Origin: Candidatus Beckwithbacteria bacterium
GTDB lineage: Bacteria; Patescibacteriota; Microgenomatia; UBA1400; UBA1449
Assembly: GCA_012797845.1 (NCBI GenBank)
Contig: JAAZOH010000038.1
Coordinates: 11,919-75,918, forward strand
Direction: 5' to 3'
DNA: 64,000 nt
Below, piece by piece: positions 1 through 9,055 of this stretch (within the stretch, counting starts at the first letter, position 1; each line of letters starts with the position of its first letter). A program made the translations under genes and the position numbers. The notes below the pieces were generated by a model that was not told the origin of the DNA, ran no database searches, and saw only the letters and a list, made by a program, of their open reading frames with translations.

Positions 1-2
1 AT

Positions 3-458
3 CCAATTGAAAAATTGGAAAAGATTAAACTAGATCACGAGTCTCAAAGAGTGAGAAGTATTAATAAAAATAATGATAGTCCCAAAGTGATACAAAGCAC
101 AAAATATTTAGCAGCCATTCAAATTATAACTGGCATGCAATTGATAAACGCTGTAGCAGGTTATCATGCATACTCGGCATCATTTGACGAGACTGATGAT
201 GAAGAATTATATAAACTAATTAAAGAATTCCTAGTCTGTTTGAAAGATCTTGATGCTCTAATTGATGTTAGCGAAGGACTTAAGTTAGATATCGCAAGGG
301 AAATTAAAAGATTAATAGCTAAACTTAACAGCCATGGTTATTATGTTTACTGTGCCACGGTTTTGGATAAACTTCGAATGAATGGCAAAGATACCCCATG
401 GAAAACTTTCTATTGTGTTCTATCTTCAAATCCATCAATAAAGTACTTGATTAGGTAG
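3..458 (+). CDS. C-terminal part of a probable HNH endonuclease-family protein (5' end outside window)
   Basis: Frame is open from base 3 (PIEKLEKIKLDHE...), resembling the helix that follows the HNH motif in standalone HNH proteins; the HNH motif itself is not in the window. Confidence 0.5.
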   Translation, partial: PIEKLEKIKLDHESQRVRSINKNNDSPKVIQSTKYLAAIQIITGMQLINAVAGYHAYSASFDETDDEELYKLIKEFLVCLKDLDALIDVSEGLKLDIAREIKRLIAKLNSHGYYVYCATVLDKLRMNGKDTPWKTFYCVLSSNPSIKYLIR

Positions 459-469
459 TTCTTTTTATA

Positions 470-840
470 CTGTCTCATTTGTCTCGTTTTTGCTAAAATT
501 TACTCGAGTTATAGTGATCAAAAGGTTCTAGACCGACTTGTCTCATCTTTTCGGATTCGCACAACAGAGGTATGGGATAAGACTGGACTAGACCGGTACG
601 CTCAGCCAAGACGGGCACCCCGGAGTGACCGGAGTGCCTAAATGGCCCGAAAAGACTTGCTAAAACCCTATTTTTTCCTCTGGAGATTCGAACCGTAAAA
701 ACCCCTAAAAAACCAGACTTTGAGGCTACGGTTCTGAATCATCATTGCCCTCAAATCCTACTCAAGGCTAAAATTCTCCAAAATAGCCTCAAATTATAGA
801 ACCAGGATTCGAACCGATGGGACTTATAGGATGCGCGTGC
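470..840. other. GC-richer non-coding segment with short direct and inverted repeats
   Basis: TGTCTC x3, CTAGACCG x2, GATTCGAACCG at 685 and 806, inverted repeat TTTGAGGCTA(719)/TAGCCTCAAA(784), hairpin GGCAC-C-CCGG..CCGG-A-GTGCC near 614-638. Confidence 0.55.
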
Positions 841-870
841 CAAACAATTGTAGAATATGCACAAAAAACT

Positions 871-1623
871 TTATGTTTGTGAAACTATGCTTTCAGTGGC
901 TTTCGATGTTGTTAAAAACTTATGAATAGCTTCGATTTCTTCTGAATTTAGCTTGATAGATGATTTGTTGATGACATACTTATGAAATCCTCTTCCTCCA
1001 ATCCATATGTCATTAATTTTTCCGTGAATGGTTTGTTTATCGATTTTTCCGTTAGGAAATTCTAATAAACCAGTCACGTCATATCTTTTTCCAAGATGTT
1101 TATATACGTAATCTGATAGCCACATTTTTTCTGCAAATGTTTGTTGCAGATAGTTCTTTACGGGAATAGCGTTTTTAACAAGAAGTTTTTCGTTTACAAA
1201 ACTCACCAGACCATTTTCTGATTTAACTTCTATCGCAAAAATTCCATTCGGTCCAATGACAATAAAATCAATATTTCCGTGTCCGGTATTAAAATCTTTG
1301 ACGATGAGATATTCTTGGGGTAGTAGTTCCAGTATTTTTTCTTCTATCAACTCAGCTCCAGCTCCCTTTCCCCATGTGTTGTAGTTTCTTCTTACATCCT
1401 GTCTGTTTTGTCTATCCATTTTTTGGACAAACTTTATGGCAAATATAAAAATAACTGATGATATTACCAATCCAATCAATGAATAATTTGTTTTCTGTAA
1501 CATTACGAGAAATAAATAAAGTAACCATAGGTAAGTAATACCAATGATCAAATGAATGATCCAAAATATTTTTTTATTTCTTTTATATTCCCTGAATGTA
1601 TAGGAATTAGAATTGTCAGCCAT
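871..1623 (-). CDS. Membrane-anchored NERD (nuclease-related) domain protein
   Basis: Two N-terminal TM helices; GKGAGAE, NIDFIVIGPNGIFAIEVKS is the NERD PD-(D/E)xK-type motif. Confidence 0.85.
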   Translation of the reverse strand: MADNSNSYTFREYKRNKKIFWIIHLIIGITYLWLLYLFLVMLQKTNYSLIGLVISSVIFIFAIKFVQKMDRQNRQDVRRNYNTWGKGAGAELIEEKILELLPQEYLIVKDFNTGHGNIDFIVIGPNGIFAIEVKSENGLVSFVNEKLLVKNAIPVKNYLQQTFAEKMWLSDYVYKHLGKRYDVTGLLEFPNGKIDKQTIHGKINDIWIGGRGFHKYVINKSSIKLNSEEIEAIHKFLTTSKATESIVSQT

Positions 1624-1790
1624 AAAAATGTACTAAGATATACTTATATAGTATCATTTGGTACACTCTGGATGTTGAGGCTAGGGAGAGAATTGCGATC
1701 CGGCAGCCAAGCAGTGCACCCCTAAAGATCGTGATCTCTAATTATTTCTTTAAACTTGTGTAACAGTGATATTGGCGAAGAAAATTTTGA

Positions 1791-2438
1791 CTATTCTCCA
1801 AATTTATCTCTACAAAATTTATGAAGAACGTCAAATGCACTTATAAATTCTTCGGACAAATGATAAATTCTGAGAGCTGCCGAGGTATAATTATTTGATC
1901 CCGCCTTACTTAATTTCCATTCCTGAGACATGGCATAGTGCTTACCATCTTTATCAATAAAAGTGTTTAGAGATAATTCCTCGTTCAAGAGTATAAGGTT
2001 TTTATCTAACTTATATTTGAGTACTTGTGTTTTTTTATCAATAAAAGAAAAATCTGTTGGGTTATTCTCTAGATAATTACTGTAGTAATTAAGTGGTTTT
2101 CGAACGGATTCATGGTGACGATTAACGTAACCCCCCTGTTTGGCAGTCCATTGAACATCTTTCGGAATCATTTCTAAAATTTTCCGATATATTGCTAAAT
2201 CCCAAGTTTGATATCTCTTTTTAAGAGGATCTTGTTTTTGAGCAGCTAAAACTAAATCATTTATTGATCCATCTTTCGTAGATAGTTGAGAAATAGCTTC
2301 GAGATAATCTATTCTAGATTCTTGCATTCTTCGAGCGACCTTCTCACCAATTAGCTTCCACTCTTTTAATAGTTCAGCAGTAAACCTGGATTCATCCCCA
2401 TCTATATATTTAGCGTGGGTTTGACACATCCTGATGCC
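1791..2438 (-). pseudogene. 5'-truncated HNH endonuclease-family gene
   Basis: Begins GIRMCQTHAKYIDGDESRFTAELLKEWK, matching the second half of the NGIW(L/M)CxxHAxxID...FTxELLxxWK HNH segment; N-terminal half absent. Confidence 0.65.
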
Positions 2439-2775
2439 TATATTGCTATTGAAACCTAATAAACAAATTAATCGTTATTTTCTCGATGTTTTTGATGATA
2501 TGTCTCCTAGAATGCTACTGCGAAAACGAGTCAGACAATACATTGATTATTTTGAAGAAGAAATCTGGCAAGACAAAACTGGTAAACCATTTCCTAAGGT
2601 TATTCTAATCTGCCCTGATGAAAGATCTAAAAATTATTTGGAGAAGTTTGTAAAAAATAGTTTAGAGTGTGATATAGATTTTTATCTGAGTTTAAAAAAT
2701 AAGGTTAGTTGGGAAAACATTTTGAATTTAAGTGTATATATAGTAAAAATAAATAGGATTTTATTTTTACTATAA
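2427..2775 (+). pseudogene. 5'-truncated, frameshifted replication-relaxation (Replic_Relax)-like gene
   Basis: HPDAYIAIET in one frame (2427-2456), then a +1 shift to NKQINRYFLDVFDD...RQYIDYF...W...PFPKVILICP, resembling the C-terminus of this family. Confidence 0.55.
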
Positions 2776-2832
2776 TATGTTACAATTACATTCCCAAAAA
2801 TTACTAAAAATAAACACTTTTTTAAAGGAATT

Positions 2833-3642
2833 ATGACAGAAGATTTTAGAAAAATAATGGCAGCTAGGGCAGCAGGAGTAACAATTATTACAGAAGAAGA
2901 AACTGCAAGAGAAAGACAAAAAACCGCAGAAAGATTTCAAAGGATGGTTGAAAGAGCTGGGGTTATGGATGTACTAGAATTTGCTGCTTTAAGTATAGAA
3001 AAATATCACAGCAGTAGAGACAATGCTGGAGATGTAAAAGTTGGAAAAGCAGCTGTTGATAGATTGGGAGTACAATTTATGGGTAAACACATGCTTTGCC
3101 GACCTAACCGTTTTAATAATACTACTGTTGGTTTAGAAATGTATTTTCGAGACAGAGATGGTGATATCGTTAGTAAACAACCAATTTTTGCAATTACCAT
3201 TGATCCCAAAATGAGAGACACAGATGTTTTTATACTTTCATGTGCAATCAGGGAACTAGGATCAAATTCACATTTTACTGATTCTGGAGTATATTTTCAA
3301 AGGTATGAGTGTGGTACGAGCGCTGATTTTGCCAATGCTATGATGAGTTTTTTAACAGCACCAAAAGTAGATAGGTCAGCCTATAATAGCCAAATAACTC
3401 TCCGTTATGTTGTAGAACAATATGGGGCAGAACATATACCATCTTTTTATGAATATGATTGTTTGGGAGATATTCCGATAGAATTAGTTGCTCCTAACGA
3501 TTCCCCCTTAATAAAAATTGCAGAAAATCTTGCTTACTCTTGTCCTACAATAGGACACCATCTTGGTAAACCAATGGCTATACTCAGAGATGCTAACATA
3601 TTTCGGTTAACTGCTCCCATTGTACTTAAAGGAAGAAATTAA
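2833..3642 (+). CDS. Hypothetical protein (orphan family, copy 1)
   Basis: 269 aa ORF, AAGGA RBS, charged helical N-terminus; weak similarity to 4112 and 6941 ORFs. Confidence 0.75.
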   Translation: MTEDFRKIMAARAAGVTIITEEETARERQKTAERFQRMVERAGVMDVLEFAALSIEKYHSSRDNAGDVKVGKAAVDRLGVQFMGKHMLCRPNRFNNTTVGLEMYFRDRDGDIVSKQPIFAITIDPKMRDTDVFILSCAIRELGSNSHFTDSGVYFQRYECGTSADFANAMMSFLTAPKVDRSAYNSQITLRYVVEQYGAEHIPSFYEYDCLGDIPIELVAPNDSPLIKIAENLAYSCPTIGHHLGKPMAILRDANIFRLTAPIVLKGRN

Positions 3643-3883
3643 TATATACCTTCAAGACCAAAAGACTTGTTGGGGTAGTTGCTCAAAAAAGAAGAACCTT
3701 AACTTTAACTGGCGAATTGTTTTACTGCCCGACCATTTGGCTGATTACATTGTCATTCACGAACTGTGTCACCTGAAGGAGTTTAGTCACTCTCGAAGAT
3801 ACCGGAACTTAATGGCAAGTGTGCTGCCTAACTATCAAGAGCTTATCACAGAATTAAAAACCAGTGGTTTATCGTTAGTATAA
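3620..3883 (+). pseudogene. C-terminal fragment of YgjP/DUF45 (M48-like) metal-dependent hydrolase
   Basis: QKTCWGSCS, LNFNWR, DYIVIHELCHL (HExxH); N-terminal portion missing. Confidence 0.8.
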
Positions 3884-4078
3884 TCAAGCTGTTAAATAAT
3901 TGAGGTTTTGACTGTAAAGGAACTCACGATAATAAGTTCCCACATAGTCGATCAGTCCAGCCCCCTCAAGGAATACCCTATCAAACTATATCTATAGAAA
4001 GCTGGATTCGAACTGGAAAAGAAAAAATTTGTTTTTCAGACTTATGATACAATTAGACAAGTAATAAATGTAAATTCT

Positions 4079-4105
4079 AATAGCTGCCAGGTGCAGCTAT
4101 TTTTT
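4079..4105 (+). promoter_or_regulatory. Hairpin + T-tract just upstream of start codon (copy 1)
   Basis: AATAGCTGC-CAGGT-GCAGCTATT followed by Ts; same stem recurs at 6909. Confidence 0.65.
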
Positions 4106-4111
4106 ACACTT

Positions 4112-4846
4112 ATGTCAAATGAAGATCTTAGAGGCAAGTTGCGAAAACAAGTAACTGATCATGCTGATTTTTTGTTGGCTGATAAAGAGCAACAAAAAAG
4201 AATTTTACTAGCAGAAGAGCGAAAACGTATCAGACAGATGGTAAAGGAGCATGAACTCATGAAACAACTAGAAGTGGCAGATGTGTTACAGATGCTTGTT
4301 GATATTGCAAATGAGGACTCAATAGATATGCAACCACTTGCTGAGGTAATTCAGGAAGGAAATGTAAAACATTGCGAGAATGGAAGAGTTGAAGTTATTA
4401 CTGGCATGCTGCCAAACCAGGGAACTAGAGTTAAAAAAGGAATATTGGCTGTAATACCGGAATTTAGAACAGAAAAAAATAACCCAACTTTACTATTTGC
4501 TAGAAGATCTCTGGATAGTAAATATGAACTATATTTACCAGAAAATTGCATTGTTTATCAACAAGTTGAATGTTCTAGCTCTGATCAGGTGGGAGAAGTA
4601 GCATTGCAAATGCTTTTACTTGATAAAAGCATGGAAGACTTATATAAAGAATCTTTTGGACGTTTTGCTCTTATTGGCTTTGGTGTTTCCCAATTATCTT
4701 TTAGTAGTAACCTTTTAGACTCAAAGATTTTTAGCCAAATGTCATTATCTCTTTTTGCAACGTTTGGGAAAACTGCCACTAGTGTAGTTAGTCGAATGAG
4801 AAAAAGTAGCCATATCTACGATAGAGCAAAGAACTATTTACTTTAA
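4112..4846 (+). CDS. Hypothetical protein (orphan family, copy 2)
   Basis: Start placed at ATG 4112 (MSNEDL) by match to the 6941 ORF start. Confidence 0.75.
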   Translation: MSNEDLRGKLRKQVTDHADFLLADKEQQKRILLAEERKRIRQMVKEHELMKQLEVADVLQMLVDIANEDSIDMQPLAEVIQEGNVKHCENGRVEVITGMLPNQGTRVKKGILAVIPEFRTEKNNPTLLFARRSLDSKYELYLPENCIVYQQVECSSSDQVGEVALQMLLLDKSMEDLYKESFGRFALIGFGVSQLSFSSNLLDSKIFSQMSLSLFATFGKTATSVVSRMRKSSHIYDRAKNYLL

Positions 4847-4939
4847 ATAATTAGAATATAAAATTTTGACATCCCAATTAGTTTAATTATGTAGTTTTTT
4901 ATATCAAAATTAATTTACTCTGTTCAGAAATATTTTTAA

Positions 4940-5956
4940 ATGCAATTTGAAAGAGAATTGAAAACACAAGAAATTGAACCCGGGACAAGTGGTCTTGTTT
5001 TACTTGTCAGTAGGCAGTTTGATCCTCATGTTGATTTTATTATTGAAAAGTTGAGATCAGAAAACATCCAGTTTGCCAGATTTAACACTGAAGATTTTCC
5101 AAGAAATACTTCCGTAAGTTTGTATTTGGGAGATGGCGAGACATCTGGATTATTGGATGTGCCCAACAACTTACCTTTTTTGCTAAACCAAACCAGATCA
5201 ATTTTATACAGGAGACCAGCAGAACCTAATCCACCAGATAATTTAACCAAGGGCTTTGAAGAATTTGTGGTTTCTGAGAGCAAATCAGTTATAAAAGGTT
5301 TATGGTCGTTACCCGATGTTACTTGGGTAAATTACCCGGAAGACAATCGAAGAGCTGCTATCAAACTAGATCAGCTAAGACAGGCCCAAATACTGGGTCT
5401 TTCTATTCCCAAAACTCTAGTCTCCAATAATATTATTGACATTAGATCCTTTTTTGACCTGTGTCATGGAAGCATGATAGTAAAACCTTTAACCGTAGGA
5501 AGTATCGAAGAAGATGGTATATATAAAGCTTTCTATACTAGCAAAGTTGAACCGGAACATTTAGACCAACTTGGCCCGGATAATAGATGTCCTTATGTAT
5601 TTCAAGAAAATATTCCCAAGGAACTAGAATTGAGAATAACTATTGTTGGAAATAGTGTGTTTGCAGCCGAAATCTTTTCTCAAGAACAAGAAGGAGCTGA
5701 GACCGATTGGAGAAAAAAGTGGGAAGGCTTACGCTACGGAATTCATGAGCTTCCCGAGGATATTAAAAATAAATGTTTGAAATTAGCTAGACATTATAAT
5801 CTAAATTTTGGAGCAATAGATATGATAGTAACTCCTAGAGGTGAATATGTTTTTTTAGAAATCAATCCAAATGGTCAATGGGTTTGGATAGAGCTTGAAA
5901 CTGGATTACCAATATCAGAAGCTATGATAAAACTTCTTTCTGAGAATAAGCACTAA
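4940..5956 (+). CDS. ATP-grasp ribosomal peptide maturase (MvdC/MvdD-type graspetide ligase)
   Basis: DPHVD, RFNTEDFP, YRRP, WVNYP, KLDQL, GLSIPKTLVSN, IVKPL, FQENIPKELELRITIVG, DWR, FGAIDMIV, FLEINPNGQWVWIE. Confidence 0.93.
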   Translation: MQFERELKTQEIEPGTSGLVLLVSRQFDPHVDFIIEKLRSENIQFARFNTEDFPRNTSVSLYLGDGETSGLLDVPNNLPFLLNQTRSILYRRPAEPNPPDNLTKGFEEFVVSESKSVIKGLWSLPDVTWVNYPEDNRRAAIKLDQLRQAQILGLSIPKTLVSNNIIDIRSFFDLCHGSMIVKPLTVGSIEEDGIYKAFYTSKVEPEHLDQLGPDNRCPYVFQENIPKELELRITIVGNSVFAAEIFSQEQEGAETDWRKKWEGLRYGIHELPEDIKNKCLKLARHYNLNFGAIDMIVTPRGEYVFLEINPNGQWVWIELETGLPISEAMIKLLSENKH

Positions 5957-6465
5957 GGTTTATTGAGTTTTTTTACAGTTTTAAATGTTTCTTTTAAAGG
6001 AGAAATATCAAATTTTTTTCGCAAAGAATCAGGAATGATATTTTCATAATTAGAAATAACCCATTTGTCTTTTTTAAGCTCGAATTGTGTTACAAAAAGT
6101 TGTGGCCTGGAAATGCTTAAAAGAAATCTGTCTATGGCTAAGGCCATATAATTTTTACACCAGTCATCTCCTAATACGCTTCCAATAGAATAAAGGGTAA
6201 CAGCCAAAGCATAATCATTATAATTAGAACCGTGATGAAAAAAATGCCCTGCCCGAAAATAATCATCTGCTGTTTTTAGTTCTCCCTTTTTAAGCATTTT
6301 CAAAACTAGGTCTTTTATTTCTACTTCTTCTTGGTAAAGCTTTTTAATCAAATTCTTTTGTTTCTTTAAGTCAAACACATATCTTTTTTTTTGAACCTTT
6401 TCAAATAGTTTAATAAGTTTTTTGTTTGAATTTGGAGATTTATTAAAATAACCCTTTTTTACCAT
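5953..6465 (-). CDS. Helical protein, DUF6624-like
   Basis: DYFRAGHFFHHG...ALAIDRFLLSISRPQLFVTQF resembles the QHxD...DR...PQxYGTQ pattern. Confidence 0.55.
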   Translation of the reverse strand: MVKKGYFNKSPNSNKKLIKLFEKVQKKRYVFDLKKQKNLIKKLYQEEVEIKDLVLKMLKKGELKTADDYFRAGHFFHHGSNYNDYALAVTLYSIGSVLGDDWCKNYMALAIDRFLLSISRPQLFVTQFELKKDKWVISNYENIIPDSLRKKFDISPLKETFKTVKKLNKP

Positions 6466-6533
6466 ATAAATAAATTCTTACAACCTTATCTAAAGGTAAT
6501 GCAAGATTTTGATTAAAATATTTTATGTTTCAC

Positions 6534-6725
6534 TTAATCATCTCGACCTTGATCAATTTGTGTGACATCTACGCTGATATGTGTTGGAACAGTACAGATT
6601 GTTCCAGCTGCATTAGCATGTCCCGCAGTCCATGTTTGACTATCAGGATCATATTGTCCTTCAACAGGAGCTAGATCAGCAATTGCAATGTCTTCAGTAA
6701 ACTGGGAAACAAATTCTTTTGACAT
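6534..6725 (-). CDS. Putative graspetide (ATP-grasp RiPP) precursor peptide
   Basis: 63 aa; perfect SD AGGAGGTGA; leader EFVSQFTE and YDPDSQ; core with T42/T45/T48/S51 then D53/D58/D62/D63; 0.6 kb from ligase. Confidence 0.82.
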   Translation of the reverse strand: MSKEFVSQFTEDIAIADLAPVEGQYDPDSQTWTAGHANAAGTICTVPTHISVDVTQIDQGRDD

Positions 6726-6731
6726 AACTTC

Positions 6732-6800
6732 TCACCTCCTTGTAAACTTTTGCTTATACTTTCAGTTTTGCATTATGTTTAAAAAATATTTAAAAGTCAA
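6732..6800 (-). promoter_or_regulatory. Sigma70-type promoter and SD of precursor gene
   Basis: TTGACT (6800-6795), 17 nt spacer, CATAAT (6777-6772); AGGAGGTGA (6740-6732). Confidence 0.7.
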
Positions 6801-6908
6801 ATAAACACAAAAAAGGCTGAGCCATGAATAGAGTTCAGTGAGTTAAAAGCGAAAATTAAGGAGAAAAATATGATATAATTCTCCTTATTATATTAATAAT
6901 AAATAGAC

Positions 6909-6934
6909 TAGCTGCCAACTGTGCAGCTATTTTT
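6909..6934 (+). promoter_or_regulatory. Hairpin + T-tract just upstream of start codon (copy 2)
   Basis: TAGCTGC-CAACTGT-GCAGCTA-TTTTT; stem identical to 4081 copy, loop differs. Confidence 0.65.
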
Positions 6935-6940
6935 GTAAAT

Positions 6941-7663
6941 ATGAGCAATGAAGACTTAAAATGTAAAGCATTGGCTGGTCTAAAAAAAGGCCAACAAGCA
7001 AATTCAACAGTAGAAGAAGCAAAAGAAGCTAAGGCTCGATTTAAAAAAGATCAGTTGAGAAAATTACAAGTTCAAGAAACATTGACTTTTTTAGTTGAAG
7101 CTGCAAACACTGATGATCCTGAATTAGGAGAAATTAGAGAAGCAATGCATGTAAGATTTGGAGAACAAAAATTATCAGTTGAATATAACGAAGACCAGAC
7201 TATTGTATTGTTACAAAATTCTAGTAAAAAGACTGTAATGGCTATTGGTGTAGAAACCTATGGTCGAGATAATAAAAGTAGAGGTTCGTTGTTAATCGCT
7301 AGGCCTCCAAAAGATATCAAAGCAACATTTCGCAGAGACACATCTGAACCAGTATTGTTTATGAGAAAAAAATGTATAGATACGGGCGCTGTTGCGTCAA
7401 GTGTAATGGAATTTATAACTACTGATCAAGTTACTGAAGGTAGATGTCCAAGTGATGTTGGAGAAGATTTTTTGAGTAAATACCCTGGTTTGAGCTATGA
7501 TTACGCTGTTTTTGAAGAAATGTATGAGTTAGCATATCCCGATACTGATTCAGCTCCAAAATTAAATATATCATATAGTTATACAAATGATCTTCCTATG
7601 CATGTAGGCTGTAATAGCTATGTTCAATGGATGTTTGGAAAATATTTCGCAAATCGAGCTTAG
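6941..7663 (+). CDS. Hypothetical protein (orphan family, copy 3)
   Basis: MSNEDL start; KLQVQETLTFLVEAANTD aligns with QLEVADVLQMLVDIANED of the 4112 ORF. Confidence 0.75.
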   Translation: MSNEDLKCKALAGLKKGQQANSTVEEAKEAKARFKKDQLRKLQVQETLTFLVEAANTDDPELGEIREAMHVRFGEQKLSVEYNEDQTIVLLQNSSKKTVMAIGVETYGRDNKSRGSLLIARPPKDIKATFRRDTSEPVLFMRKKCIDTGAVASSVMEFITTDQVTEGRCPSDVGEDFLSKYPGLSYDYAVFEEMYELAYPDTDSAPKLNISYSYTNDLPMHVGCNSYVQWMFGKYFANRA

Positions 7664-7902
7664 TATAAACATTAAATTTTTGTATCAAAGTAATCTCCTT
7701 TTGCATTTATTCATATAATCTTAATAGTGTAACAAAATAAAAAAACATGAACCAAGAGACTGTATTTATTTTTAATACAAGCTTATTTTGGTAAAAAAAT
7801 TTAACTAATTAAGTATTGAGCCAAATAAAAAGTTCTGACATAGTCCACTAGTGCCAGCAGCCACGTATAATCTTGAGAGATTGACCGTACTCTCTAGTTA
7901 CT

Positions 7903-8421
7903 ATGAATGAAGCTACTGTTTCGATTTTTACAACCTTAACCATATTATTAATCGTAGGATTTGTAATCAAATTATTCTTAAGACTTGTTTTTCAAAAATT
8001 TCCAAGAACATCCAAGTCAATACATACTTATTTGTATAAAACTAGAAGTTTTTTTCTAACCAAGCCAGAGCATGAGCTTTTTGATATTTTAGTAAAAAAC
8101 TTTGGAGATACATATTATATTTTCCCCCAAGTCCATCTATCTTCAATTTTTAACCATAAAATTAAAGGTCAAAACTGGCAAAGTGCTCTTAATCATATAG
8201 ATAGAAAATCTATCGATTTTCTGTTTTGTGATAAAGCTTATATTAAACCAATCTTAGCTATTGAACTTGATGATTCTAGTCATCAAAGGGAAGATAGAAT
8301 TATTCGAGATAGTGAAGTTGAACAGAATTTTGAAAATGCAAACTTACCCTTATTACGGTTTAATAGCCAGGAAAGATTTCACAACGAAGAAATGTTTGAG
8401 AAAATTAGAGAAAAACTTTAA
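7903..8421 (+). CDS. DUF2726 domain protein
   Basis: N-terminal TM; FLTKPE, IFPQVHL, KSIDFLFCD, AIELDDSSH, RD...LPLLRF. Confidence 0.88.
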   Translation: MNEATVSIFTTLTILLIVGFVIKLFLRLVFQKFPRTSKSIHTYLYKTRSFFLTKPEHELFDILVKNFGDTYYIFPQVHLSSIFNHKIKGQNWQSALNHIDRKSIDFLFCDKAYIKPILAIELDDSSHQREDRIIRDSEVEQNFENANLPLLRFNSQERFHNEEMFEKIREKL

Positions 8422-8529
8422 TTTACAATAATCCTCTTCCACTTCAAAAGAAAAAAATCTCGAAAATAAAATTATTAGTTTGATTATTCTATTTTTATAA
8501 ATTTTCTTCTTTTGGTATAATCTCAGTGG

Positions 8530-8996
8530 ATGAATACATATAAATCTTCTCATAAGGTTTTTGTCTAAAGCAGACATCATTTCGATGTCTGAATTGTCGT
8601 GCCATCATTTCCAATACCTGTTTAGGAAGCAAACACCGCAACCATTGTCCAATATGTTTATGGTCTAGACATCTCGATCTTACTATTCCTGGTGATAGAA
8701 AGTCTCGTTGTGGCTCAAAAATGAAACCAATAGGATTAGTATTTAAACATATTACCTATAATCCATTTACTGATAAGACAAGTGGTGAACTGATGATAGT
8801 ACATCTATGTCTAAACTGTGACAAAATCTCGACAAATAGAATTGCCGGAGATGATAATGCTCAAAGTATTATTCAACTACTAGATGAGCCAAAATCGCTA
8901 GATCCTACTTTAATTCATAGATTACATTGTTCAAACCTTACCCCACTTACCCGTCAAGATGAGCAACAAGTCTTGGCTTGTTTATTTGGTTATTGA
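8530..8996 (+). pseudogene. RNHCP domain protein, frameshifted near 5' end
   Basis: Frame of the 8721 ORF extends upstream as FRCLNC...HRNHCPICLWSRHLD...PGDR without a start codon; ATG at 8530 is in another frame, and one extra T in the T-run at 8558-8562 would join them. Confidence 0.75.
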
Positions 8997-9055
8997 GGTT
9001 TTTTTATTGATTAATAAACTCAATATTATTTACAATTTTATTGTAAAATAGCTCT

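Noticed and set aside
685-816. GATTCGAACC motifs (reverse complement of a tRNA T-loop), also near 4004
   Set aside because: Flanks do not form a T-stem, acceptor stem or cloverleaf, so no tRNA or att site can be supported
7851-7862. GTGCCAGCAGCC, identical to the start of the 16S 515F site
   Set aside because: Only 12 nt, with AT-rich flanks unlike rRNA; chance match
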